This document shows, piece by piece, positions 1 through 8,020 of a stretch of DNA of 10,642 nt. A model generated the notes under the pieces. The model did no database searches, was not told the origin of the DNA, and saw only the letters and a program-made list of their open reading frames with translations. Position 1 is the stretch's first letter; the number at the start of each line of letters is the position of its first letter. The stretch comes from Pseudomonadota bacterium (GTDB lineage: Bacteria; Myxococcota; JACRCW01; JAFGSX01). The stretch is from positions 1-10,642 of the forward strand of contig JBDRCO010000017.1 of the NCBI GenBank assembly GCA_043821645.1, written 5' to 3'. The translations under genes were made by a program, and so were the position numbers.

Positions 1-1
1 G

Positions 2-3000
2 GCCACGGTGCACGTCTTTGTCGACGTGGCCGGCCCCGTGGTCACCCTGTCTGGCTGGGCCAGCAGCGCAGCCAGTACGCGCCTGGTGGCCCTGTCCGCC
101 GCCTCGGGCTCGCCCACCCTGCTCGCCACCGCGACCCAGCCCGACCTGGACTACAACGCCACCACGGATGGCCTGCAGTTCGGCTTCAAGGTGGTGGTCA
201 CGGGCGAGACCGCGGCCAGCCTGGGCAGCAACCCGCAGGCGGGCCTGACCATTCAGGGCATCAGCCAGCCCATCTTCGCGCCCCTGGTGGCGGTGGGGCA
301 GACCTTCGAGGCCGTGTTCGACGCGGCCGGCGCCGGCATCACCCTGGCCGACGGACCGCTGAGCTTCGCCGCCGCGGTCACCGACGCCGCGGGCAACGCG
401 GGCAGCGACACTCGCCACGCCCTGGTGCAGAGCGCGCAGTACTACATCCGCATCGACAGCCCGGCGGACGGCGCCTACGTGCAGAGCGCCATCCTCGACG
501 TGGTGACCACGGGCTCGGTGTTCGACGGCGCGATGTGCGACCTGCTGCTCGACGGCAGCGTCAGCACCTCGCTGGCCATCACCGGCGGCGCCCTGACCTT
601 TGCCAACGTCAACCTGGGCAGCGAGGCCGCGCACACCCTGCAGGTGAGCTGCGACATTGGCGGCGGCGACACCGCGGACAGCGCCGTGCACACGGTGACC
701 GTGGACCTGACCGCGCCGGCGGCGCCGGCCTTTGCCTTTGCGGTCAGCGACACCGCGGGCCACCTGCCCACGGGCGGCTTCTTCAACCTGAGCTGGGCCA
801 GCGCCGACGCCGTGCGCTTTGTGCGCGACATCGACCTCGTGGCCCCGGCCACGGGCAACGCCTGCCTGTACGCCGACCCCGACCTGAACGCCACGCCCAC
901 CAGCCCCAGCGGCACCGCGGTGCACTACGCGGCGCAGGGCCAGAGCGGCGCGCAGTGGATCCTGAACGGCAGCGACTGCACGGCGACCTTCGCCGACGTC
1001 GACCTGGGCCTGCTCAATGATCCTGGCCAGCAGTGGACCCTGCGGGCTGACATCACCGACCTGGCTGGAAATCCCAACTTTGTCGAGACAAGCCTGTGGG
1101 TGGATCGTGTGGCGCCGACGCTGGTGCAGGTCCTCCCCGCATCTGGTGTGACCAATCTTGGCAACGTCTTCGACGATGACCCTGGAACGGCGGGTCTTCA
1201 GATGACGAGCGCGCACCGCTGGAATTTTACAGTCAATGACAGAGCCCTCACGGGTAGTCTGACGCTGTCATTTTCTGGGACAGCCTCAGGCACGGTCATT
1301 CGTCCTGCTGTGAGCGGCACGATTCGTGTCTCAACGAGTTGGGCATCGGATGGCATATACAACGTGACCGTGAGTGTCCCGGACGCTGCTGGCAATATCA
1401 CGGTTCTTGGGCCGACTGCGTACGTCGTCGATCAGGATGTTCCCACGCTGACTCTGCGAGACAGGAACAATGTTGTACTGGCCGAGGAAGACCGGAGCCT
1501 CAGTATTGAACAGGGCTCACCCCTCATGTGGGGCGCTGCCTACGACGTGAGCGCGACCGCTGGCGGGCAGTTCAATTTCAACGTGATCGTGGATGGCGTT
1601 CGCACCGGCTTCACCGTCAGACTCTGCGCCACCAATCCTGGACCAGGCGCGACTGTTGATTGTGCAATATCTGGTGGAGGCGCCGGAATTGCAGTGACGG
1701 GTAAGATCGTCGGTCAGCAGTTCGTGACACCAGGTACGTTGGGGCAAGGTACAGCCACTTTTTCTGCAATCACTCTTGAGCAAGGTATAGGCCAAGTCTA
1801 TGTCGGAACAGACGACGAAGCAGGAAATCATTCTGCGACCTATCCGGTCGAACTCAGTATCGACACTTTTGCACCTGCGCTGAGCACCATAGTGGTTGCG
1901 AACAATATTCCCAACAACGACACCGCCTGTGCCCCAGCCAGCTGTCTGGGAATCGGCGAGAACCCCAGCGACATCGTCGTCACCGTCAGCAGCGCTGGCG
2001 ACAACGAGGACCTGAGCGGTCGCACCGTGACCCTGACCAGCTCCAATAGCGGTCAAGCCGCCATCCCGACCGCCAACCTGACGGGCACACCGCCCACCTT
2101 TACCGCCACCTTTGCCAGCGTCACACTGGCCGAGGGGCAACACCAGCTCACCGCCGCCGTCACCGACGTCATCGGCAACGCCCTAGTGACCACCGGAGCG
2201 GTCAACCCCCAGCGCTTCGTGGACACTGTCGCGCCAAGCATCGTGGCGCACACACCCAGCGATACGGACCAGTACTCGGCCGCGACCTTTGACGTGACAC
2301 TCGAGGCCGCTGACGGCGCCAACCTGGTCGAAGGTTACGCCATCTCGCTGACCAACAGCACCACGGCCAGCACCCAGAACGCCACCATCGCCGTGGGCGC
2401 CAGCAGTGCCCAGTTTGCGGCCATGGCCATGCAGGACAACGCCAGCAACAGCCTCAGCGCCACGATCACTGACCGCGTGGGCAACGTGAGCGCGCCCTAC
2501 AATTTCACCTACGACGTGGACACGGCCGCGCCGGCGCTGGCCCTGCTGGCTCCCACCTCGCCACAGACCCTGAGCGGCAGTGGCGCCTGCCTGACCACCA
2601 ACATCTTCCACGTCTCGCTGACAGGCGTTAACCGTGCGGCCAACACCTTTGTGCAGCTACAGTCGCGCACCTCGGGAAGCGGCGGAAGCTGGGCCATCGT
2701 CACCGACAGCGATCGCGCGGTCAGCGCCGACAGCGCGGACCTGCAGTTCACGGCACCAGATCCCTGCCTCAAGCCTGGTCCGCGTGAGATCCGGGCCAGG
2801 GTGTACGAGACAGACACCCTGCACGAGACCCTGACCGGCTCGGTGACCGTGGACGTGGACCTCGGGGTCCCCGTTGTCACCATCCGCGACCTGAGCGCCA
2901 CCGAGGTGCAGACAGGGCACCGCTTCATCGCGGCCATGGACACCAATGCCACGGTTGGCGTGTACGAGACGGCGCTCGAGGTCGAGTCGCTCAACGCGGC

Positions 3001-5260
3001 CGTGGGCTCGACCGTGCGGCTCATCATCAACGGCAGCCAGGTCGCCACCGACGTGCTGGGGGCCAGCAACACCGCCACCTTCACCGGTGTGGTGCTGCGC
3101 GACTTCGGCGCCACGGGCCTGACCAACATCATCCGCGCCGAGGTGGTCGACGGGCTGGACACAGGCTTCAGCGAGGCCACGGACTGCTACGCTGACGGCG
3201 ATTTGCCGACCATCGCCTTTGTCAGCACGGCACCGCGAACCTACCTGTACGTCGACGACCTGAACCATGCCGCCGTGGGTCTGCAGACCGCCGCTGCCAA
3301 CGGCGTCTCCATCACCACCACGGGCCTCGACGTGGCCACGGTGACTGCGACCTTGAGCTGCACGGGCATGAGCCCGGATGCCACCACCGACGTCACCAGC
3401 AATGCTGGTGAGTTCGTGGACATCGCAGGGCTGCTCACCTCGACAACGGCCTACGTGTGCTCGGTTCGTGTCGCGGACATGACAGGCAACGAGGCAGTTG
3501 GCGCGGCGACCAAGACCCTGACCGTGGACATCGACAGGCCAGACTTGCCGCAGGTGGTGGCCTGCATTGGCGAGGATGCATGTTACGGAGCTGGCTGCAC
3601 ACCCACCGAGAGCTACGAAAAGGACGACAACACCGGCGCGGCCAAGTGCTACGTGGCAGCCGGTTTTGGTGGCGCCTGCGGCAACGGCGTGGACGGCATT
3701 GACGACACGCGCTGCTCACGACGTGGCACCTTCGTGACCCTGACCTGGGTGGCGCCCGGCGACAACGGGAGCAGTGGTGGTGCGGTCAGCGGCTACACCA
3801 TCAGCTACAAGCCCATGGCCATCGCGGCCAGCCCGGCCTGCAGCGACATGAGCGGCGCGACCACGGTGGACACCAACGGCATGACCATCGTGGCGCCAGG
3901 CCAGCAGCAGAGCTTCACCGTCACCGGCCTCGGCGTGCATAAGGACTACTGCTTCGAGGTCACGGCGCAGGACGCGACGGGCAACGCGGCCAAAGGGCCG
4001 CTGGTGCTAAGGCGGGTACCTTTGGTGGTCGCCCATGTCATCAACGGTGCGGGCTCGCCCTTCTTTGGAGCTAGGGTCAATATGAGTGGCGACCTCGATG
4101 GCGATGGCCTTGCTGACTTAGTGATCAGCAACTCAGGTTACACGACCGATAGCACGGCGAATCGAGGCCGAGCTGTTGTGCACTTCGCCGACCTATCGAA
4201 GCCCGATGTGCACATCACTTTCGCTCCCGCGCACGCTGGATCAAGGTTTGGAAACTCTGTCACCACCGGTGACTTCAACGCGGACGGCTACTCGGACGCA
4301 GCCATCTCAGAGATGGGCTGGGGTCGTGTCTACATCTACTTCGGCTCCGCCACGGGCTTCGCTCAGGCGGTGAATCCTGCGTCTCCCGACCCAGGTCATA
4401 ACCCTGATCTGCCGAGCCGAGTTCCCGACGTCATAATCCAGACGGCGACGACAGGTTCGATTGGTCTTGCCAACAGGCCGCTGAATTTGAACGGCGATTC
4501 TGTGGCAGGTCGTCCGCTTGAGGATCTCGTGATCCACAACATCTCCAACAAGGCCGAGTATATCCTCCTGGGCCGAACAACCTGGCCAAGCGCGCTCGAC
4601 ATGGTGAGCGATGCAAGCTGTGTCTTCAGCATCGCAGACTCCACGACTGGCAGCGTCATCATGCTGACTGGGGCAGACTTCGATGCGGATGGCATGGATG
4701 ACCTAGTCGTTCCCGCTACCAGTTCCTCGGCGACAGGTTACGCCTACGTCGTTTACGGCCGGTCAAGCTGGCCCACGTCTCTCGACTTCCAGGGCGCGAA
4801 CGTCTTCAGGTTGAGTAATGGCAACGGGCTGTTCGCTCAGAACGCAATTGCATATCAGGCCACCCAGGATGCCGCTGCTGATCTCGCCCTGTTCGACTCG
4901 ACTCTGGGTGCGCGCAGGGTTTTCGTCTATACCGGAAGCGCGGGTCAGAAGGTTGCGCCCGCGCTGGTCTCGACTATCACGGTCCCCAACGCACAGAACA
5001 ACGTCGAGTCTCTCGGTGATCTGACCTCGGATGGTATCGCAGATCTCTGCATCGCCGATCCGCAGGCCACGACTGAATCAGGCGACCTCCATTTCTACGG
5101 CGGTCTGGCCAGTAGTGTCGCGACCACGAGCGGGACCAGTTATGAGTCCACGCCACAGTTTGGCAGCAGTTTGTCAAGTGGTGGGGACAGCAGTGGCGAC
5201 GGCTATCATGATCTCGCAGTAACGAATGGAACAACGTTAGTAGTCACTATTCTTAAGTGA
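2..5260 (+). CDS. Large extracellular/adhesin-like protein (5'-truncated): tandem Ig-like repeats, Cys-rich insert, fibronectin type III domain, C-terminal FG-GAP beta-propeller
   Basis: The frame is open from base 2, so the real start is probably upstream; >=1750 aa, rich in T/A/G/V/D/S. Recurrent Ig-like motifs (TDAAGN, TDLAGN, PDAAGN, DDEAGN, TDVIGN, TDRVGN, ADMTGN), typically followed by a VDxxAP-like linker. FN3 signature VTLTWVAPGDNG...YTISY...TVTGL...YCFEVTAQD at ~3735-3990. FG-GAP Ca-binding loops GDLDGDGLADL, GDFNADGYSDA, ADFDADGMDDL, GDLTSDGIADL, GDSSGDGYHDL at ~4060-5260. Confidence 0.9.
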   Translation, partial: ATVHVFVDVAGPVVTLSGWASSAASTRLVALSAASGSPTLLATATQPDLDYNATTDGLQFGFKVVVTGETAASLGSNPQAGLTIQGISQPIFAPLVAVGQTFEAVFDAAGAGITLADGPLSFAAAVTDAAGNAGSDTRHALVQSAQYYIRIDSPADGAYVQSAILDVVTTGSVFDGAMCDLLLDGSVSTSLAITGGALTFANVNLGSEAAHTLQVSCDIGGGDTADSAVHTVTVDLTAPAAPAFAFAVSDTAGHLPTGGFFNLSWASADAVRFVRDIDLVAPATGNACLYADPDLNATPTSPSGTAVHYAAQGQSGAQWILNGSDCTATFADVDLGLLNDPGQQWTLRADITDLAGNPNFVETSLWVDRVAPTLVQVLPASGVTNLGNVFDDDPGTAGLQMTSAHRWNFTVNDRALTGSLTLSFSGTASGTVIRPAVSGTIRVSTSWASDGIYNVTVSVPDAAGNITVLGPTAYVVDQDVPTLTLRDRNNVVLAEEDRSLSIEQGSPLMWGAAYDVSATAGGQFNFNVIVDGVRTGFTVRLCATNPGPGATVDCAISGGGAGIAVTGKIVGQQFVTPGTLGQGTATFSAITLEQGIGQVYVGTDDEAGNHSATYPVELSIDTFAPALSTIVVANNIPNNDTACAPASCLGIGENPSDIVVTVSSAGDNEDLSGRTVTLTSSNSGQAAIPTANLTGTPPTFTATFASVTLAEGQHQLTAAVTDVIGNALVTTGAVNPQRFVDTVAPSIVAHTPSDTDQYSAATFDVTLEAADGANLVEGYAISLTNSTTASTQNATIAVGASSAQFAAMAMQDNASNSLSATITDRVGNVSAPYNFTYDVDTAAPALALLAPTSPQTLSGSGACLTTNIFHVSLTGVNRAANTFVQLQSRTSGSGGSWAIVTDSDRAVSADSADLQFTAPDPCLKPGPREIRARVYETDTLHETLTGSVTVDVDLGVPVVTIRDLSATEVQTGHRFIAAMDTNATVGVYETALEVESLNAAVGSTVRLIINGSQVATDVLGASNTATFTGVVLRDFGATGLTNIIRAEVVDGLDTGFSEATDCYADGDLPTIAFVSTAPRTYLYVDDLNHAAVGLQTAAANGVSITTTGLDVATVTATLSCTGMSPDATTDVTSNAGEFVDIAGLLTSTTAYVCSVRVADMTGNEAVGAATKTLTVDIDRPDLPQVVACIGEDACYGAGCTPTESYEKDDNTGAAKCYVAAGFGGACGNGVDGIDDTRCSRRGTFVTLTWVAPGDNGSSGGAVSGYTISYKPMAIAASPACSDMSGATTVDTNGMTIVAPGQQQSFTVTGLGVHKDYCFEVTAQDATGNAAKGPLVLRRVPLVVAHVINGAGSPFFGARVNMSGDLDGDGLADLVISNSGYTTDSTANRGRAVVHFADLSKPDVHITFAPAHAGSRFGNSVTTGDFNADGYSDAAISEMGWGRVYIYFGSATGFAQAVNPASPDPGHNPDLPSRVPDVIIQTATTGSIGLANRPLNLNGDSVAGRPLEDLVIHNISNKAEYILLGRTTWPSALDMVSDASCVFSIADSTTGSVIMLTGADFDADGMDDLVVPATSSSATGYAYVVYGRSSWPTSLDFQGANVFRLSNGNGLFAQNAIAYQATQDAAADLALFDSTLGARRVFVYTGSAGQKVAPALVSTITVPNAQNNVESLGDLTSDGIADLCIADPQATTESGDLHFYGGLASSVATTSGTSYESTPQFGSSLSSGGDSSGDGYHDLAVTNGTTLVVTILK

Positions 5261-5267
5261 GCACAAC

Positions 5268-5444
5268 ATGCAGAAGAAAAAAGAAGACGCGATCAGGAAC
5301 ACGCAACGATGCCTCTCTCGCCGACCCTACGAGCCACCAGCACTTTCATCCGAGCCGGTGTTCGCAGCAGTTGCGGCCTGCTCACAGGGCAGCGACACAA
5401 GCGGTGAAGGCGACTGCAATGGTGGACCCATTGTGTCTGGTTGA
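5268..5444 (+). CDS. Putative RiPP precursor peptide, 58 aa (MQKKKEDAIRNTQRCLSRRPYEPPALSSEPVFAAVAACSQGSDTSGEGDCNGGPIVSG)
   Basis: Translated by hand: ATG at 5268, TGA at 5442-5444; too short for the ORF track. Basic N-terminus, RRPYEPPAL matching the YxxPxL motif of RRE-dependent (lasso-type) leaders, and a Gly/Ser/Asp-rich C-terminal region with two Cys. Ends 15 nt before the rSAM/SPASM ORF. Confidence 0.8.
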   Translation: MQKKKEDAIRNTQRCLSRRPYEPPALSSEPVFAAVAACSQGSDTSGEGDCNGGPIVSG

Positions 5445-5459
5445 GCTCGCGCGCACGAA

Positions 5460-6620
5460 GTGACAATGGCTAGCTTCTTCGATAACATCGAAGCTCGATA
5501 CGCTGCCAGTTGCAGGCTCTTCGCTTTGTCCGTCGATCTGACTTGGCAGTGTAATCTCAAGTGCTTCCACTGCTATCTTTCGCGGAAATCCGCAATTGCC
5601 CAGGCTAGTCGCCTTGATGTCGACATCGCCTTGCGACTCCTCGAGGACGCAGCCGAATTGGGTGCGGTTTCCTTGCTGCTCAGCGGAGGTGAACCGCTAT
5701 TCCATCCCGATATCTGGAAGATACTGAGTCGCGCCAAGAGCTTGAATTTGTTCACGTCGATCTTCACGCACGCAGGGCTGATTGATGAGACATGTGCACG
5801 AGAACTCCGCAGACTGTCCATCCTGGATGTAGGTATCAGTCTCTACAGCAACAGTGCAATGATTCATGACAGCGTGACCGGTGTTGGTGGGTCATTCAAA
5901 AAAACGATGCGCGGCATACGGGCGCTGCTCTCTGAGGGAATTCACGTCACCATCAAGACGCCAGTGCTCGCCGGGTACAACGACAAAACTCTCGAGACCT
6001 TCATGGAATGGGTTGAAGCACTCGGTCCACGAGTGCGCCACTCTCTTTCACCTGATATCACACCCAGGGACGACGGTGACTGGAAGACTTTTCGCTACAA
6101 ACCTGATCTGACGCAGAGCCTCCGAGTCCTAGAGTTGCTAGGAAGGCGCGATCAAAAAGTGGTGCAGGCGAGCCGATTCGACCCTGCGCTCAGAGAAATG
6201 CGACTCGATTCATTTCCGTGCAAGGCAGGGATTAGCAGGCTTCATGTCCGTGCCGATGCAGTGGTCACTCCTTGCATGGAATTGATTCACCCACTCGGCG
6301 ATCTGCATACGGATCGATTGCCAAGTATATGGGAACGTATCAAGGCCCCCGGCGGAATGGCCTTCATGCCACGGCTCGGCGAGATCAAAGGCTGCGCCAC
6401 GTGCGAGCACATAGATCGTTGTAGTCCATGTGTCGGATTGGGGCTCAAGCAGCAAGGCGAGGCCGCCGACACCCCGATCACGAGCTGTTATAGCACCTAT
6501 GCGCGGCTGCTCCATGAGGACCCCGCTTGCCTTCCCCCAAAGCCGCTGCAAGGTGATTCGGTTCATCCCTCCAGTTTCGTGTGCGGATCGAGTTTCTGCA
6601 TGAGGAACTGCACAGACTGA
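5460..6620 (+). CDS. Radical SAM/SPASM-domain protein, probable peptide maturase
   Basis: CxxxCxxC (CNLKCFHC) and SGGEP motif. C-terminal SPASM-type cysteines: C-x17-C ... CATC-x5-C-x2-C-x18-C. The start may be ATG 5466 instead of GTG 5460. No room for an N-terminal RRE domain. Confidence 0.92.
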   Translation: MTMASFFDNIEARYAASCRLFALSVDLTWQCNLKCFHCYLSRKSAIAQASRLDVDIALRLLEDAAELGAVSLLLSGGEPLFHPDIWKILSRAKSLNLFTSIFTHAGLIDETCARELRRLSILDVGISLYSNSAMIHDSVTGVGGSFKKTMRGIRALLSEGIHVTIKTPVLAGYNDKTLETFMEWVEALGPRVRHSLSPDITPRDDGDWKTFRYKPDLTQSLRVLELLGRRDQKVVQASRFDPALREMRLDSFPCKAGISRLHVRADAVVTPCMELIHPLGDLHTDRLPSIWERIKAPGGMAFMPRLGEIKGCATCEHIDRCSPCVGLGLKQQGEAADTPITSCYSTYARLLHEDPACLPPKPLQGDSVHPSSFVCGSSFCMRNCTD

Positions 6621-7363
6621 AGCTGTGGTGGGTAGTAAAAAAAGTAGAGACGCTGGCGAGCGACGTACTCGGAACAGAGCCCGAAGAGCCGGTTCCATTC
6701 GTCGGTTGTTCGTTCGAACTTGGTCAGTTGCTCGAGAACAAGCGCAAGAGCCCTCTGTTCTGTCAGAGCTTCGAGTCTGGCGATGGGATCCTTCTCGAGT
6801 TTCATGAGGAACCTGAGTTGACAAGGTTCCGCGATCTGCTTGCCCGCGAAGTCGCTCAAGAAAGGGGTCATCGCTGTCTTCCATACCCCTGACTCTCTGT
6901 AGACCAACGAGCCGTCGTCAGAGTAGGCTTCTCCGATCAGAGATGAGAAGGTTGATTTTCCGGCTCCAGAACGTCCAGGGCAAAGGACGCCATGACCCAT
7001 GATGCGCGTCGATGCGGCGTGGACAAAGAACCCTTCTGCGTCGAGCATCCAGTGCTCGAGCAGGTGTCGTGTTGCATGAATCACAGCGTCTCGCGAGCCA
7101 AGAGTGCCTTGGTACAGACCGCGAGATAGCTGGACATGCGCAGTGGAGTCCGCGCTCAGTGAACTACCGCACGACGGGATTGCGGTAAAAAGCTGTCCAG
7201 GCCTCTCGGCCGACCTGTCAACCCAGGTGAGAAGCACATGATATGTCGTGTTCTTTGCAGACAGAAAGCCGTCAAAGACATGCGAAACAAGTGCGGCAAT
7301 TTCGGGAACGGATGTCTCGAAACCTACGGTGAGGGGTCCAATGGTGACAGGAAAGGTTGGCAT
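6563..7363 (-). CDS. HprK-related P-loop kinase-like protein (ScmC-like / RiPP-associated)
   Basis: 266 aa with the motif order VHAAS...GVLCPGRSGAGKST (Walker A)...YSDD...TPF, the His / P-loop / DD signature of the HPr kinase-PEPCK fold. Similar proteins are known beside PqqD and rSAM genes. Confidence 0.8.
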   Translation of the reverse strand: MPTFPVTIGPLTVGFETSVPEIAALVSHVFDGFLSAKNTTYHVLLTWVDRSAERPGQLFTAIPSCGSSLSADSTAHVQLSRGLYQGTLGSRDAVIHATRHLLEHWMLDAEGFFVHAASTRIMGHGVLCPGRSGAGKSTFSSLIGEAYSDDGSLVYRESGVWKTAMTPFLSDFAGKQIAEPCQLRFLMKLEKDPIARLEALTEQRALALVLEQLTKFERTTDEWNRLFGLCSEYVARQRLYFFYYPPQLQSVQFLMQKLDPHTKLEG

Positions 7364-7814
7364 TGAATTGCTTGCGCGACGCTACTGGTGTCGTGTTCGC
7401 GAGTTGCTTGAAGGCGGAAATCAGGTCACGATATCTGTCAGCTCCGGATCCATGAGACCACTTCTGCAATCGGGTGACACCATCACCGTGGTCAGAATAT
7501 CCAGAGAGTTACATGCTGGGGACATTTTACTTGTACACATCGGCCACAACAGGCTCAGGCTTCACCGTCTGCTCACGCATAGAGAGCACTTCATTCAGAC
7601 CAAGGGAGATTCATTGGGTAGCGCGGACCGTGAGCAGAGGGTTTCGGACATCCTCGGCATCTGCGTCGCCATCAACGGCCACCGCATCGACACGCCGACC
7701 TGGCGCTTCGTGAACCGGCAGATCGCTCGCATCTCGCCTTACTCCCACCAGCTTCGCGCTCCCATCCGGGTCCTCGGGCGCATTCGCCGCGCCCTGGGTC
7801 TTTGGTGGCTGTGA
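7341..7814 (+). CDS. S24/S26-family (signal peptidase I-like) peptidase, apparently without an N-terminal membrane anchor
   Basis: Motifs GSMRP (catalytic Ser), GD, LHRL (His, as in Ser/His-type S26 enzymes) and TKGD. Start uncertain: ATG 7341 follows GAGGGG at 7331-7336; TTG 7368 is an alternative; the ORF-track start at 7248 overlaps the kinase too deeply. Confidence 0.8.
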   Translation: MVTGKVGIELLARRYWCRVRELLEGGNQVTISVSSGSMRPLLQSGDTITVVRISRELHAGDILLVHIGHNRLRLHRLLTHREHFIQTKGDSLGSADREQRVSDILGICVAINGHRIDTPTWRFVNRQIARISPYSHQLRAPIRVLGRIRRALGLWWL

Positions 7815-7856
7815 ACCGGGACACCGTTCATCGTTTCTGGTGGCCCGGATCGCTCC

Positions 7857-7968
7857 CCTTGTCGCCCGCACGGGCCTCCTTGTCGGTCCACTGGCCTTCC
7901 TTGTCGCCCCGCAGGGCGTCCTTGTAGGCCTGTCAGGGCTTCCTTGTAGCTCGCGGCCGGGCGCTTGT
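7857..7968. repeat. Degenerate 21-bp tandem repeat with a CCTTGT core
   Basis: CCTTGT begins at 7857, 7878, 7899, 7920 and 7942, and GCTTGT at 7963 (spacings 21, 21, 21, 22, 21). Confidence 0.85.
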
Positions 7969-8020
7969 CACCTCTGTGCCGCGGCCGTGCACCGGGCCCG
8001 GGTTCGGCTGCGCAGCGGTG

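Noticed and set aside
5268-5444. Lasso peptide or lipoprotein interpretation of the small ORF (VAAC resembles a lipobox)
   Set aside because: No Thr at -2 and no lasso cyclase or B protein nearby. The hydrophobic stretch is only ~7 residues and follows acidic and Pro residues, too short for a lipoprotein signal.
5257-5463. 68-aa ORF from the track, with GTGA overlaps to both neighbouring genes
   Set aside because: The overlaps are suggestive, but the product has no recognisable motif, whereas the overlapping frame 5268-5444 has an ATG start, a YxxPxL leader and a Cys-containing core. Ribosome profiling or proteomics would settle it.
6588-6812. Imperfect direct repeat TCGAGTTTC(TGC)ATGAGGAAC at 6588-6608 and 6795-6812
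   Set aside because: Only two short copies, both within coding sequence and not flanking any element; chance or an old micro-duplication cannot be distinguished.
7816-7848. Hairpin CCGGGACACC...GGTGGCCCGG just after the peptidase stop
   Set aside because: It has a 13-nt loop and no U-tract, which is not enough to call an intrinsic terminator.
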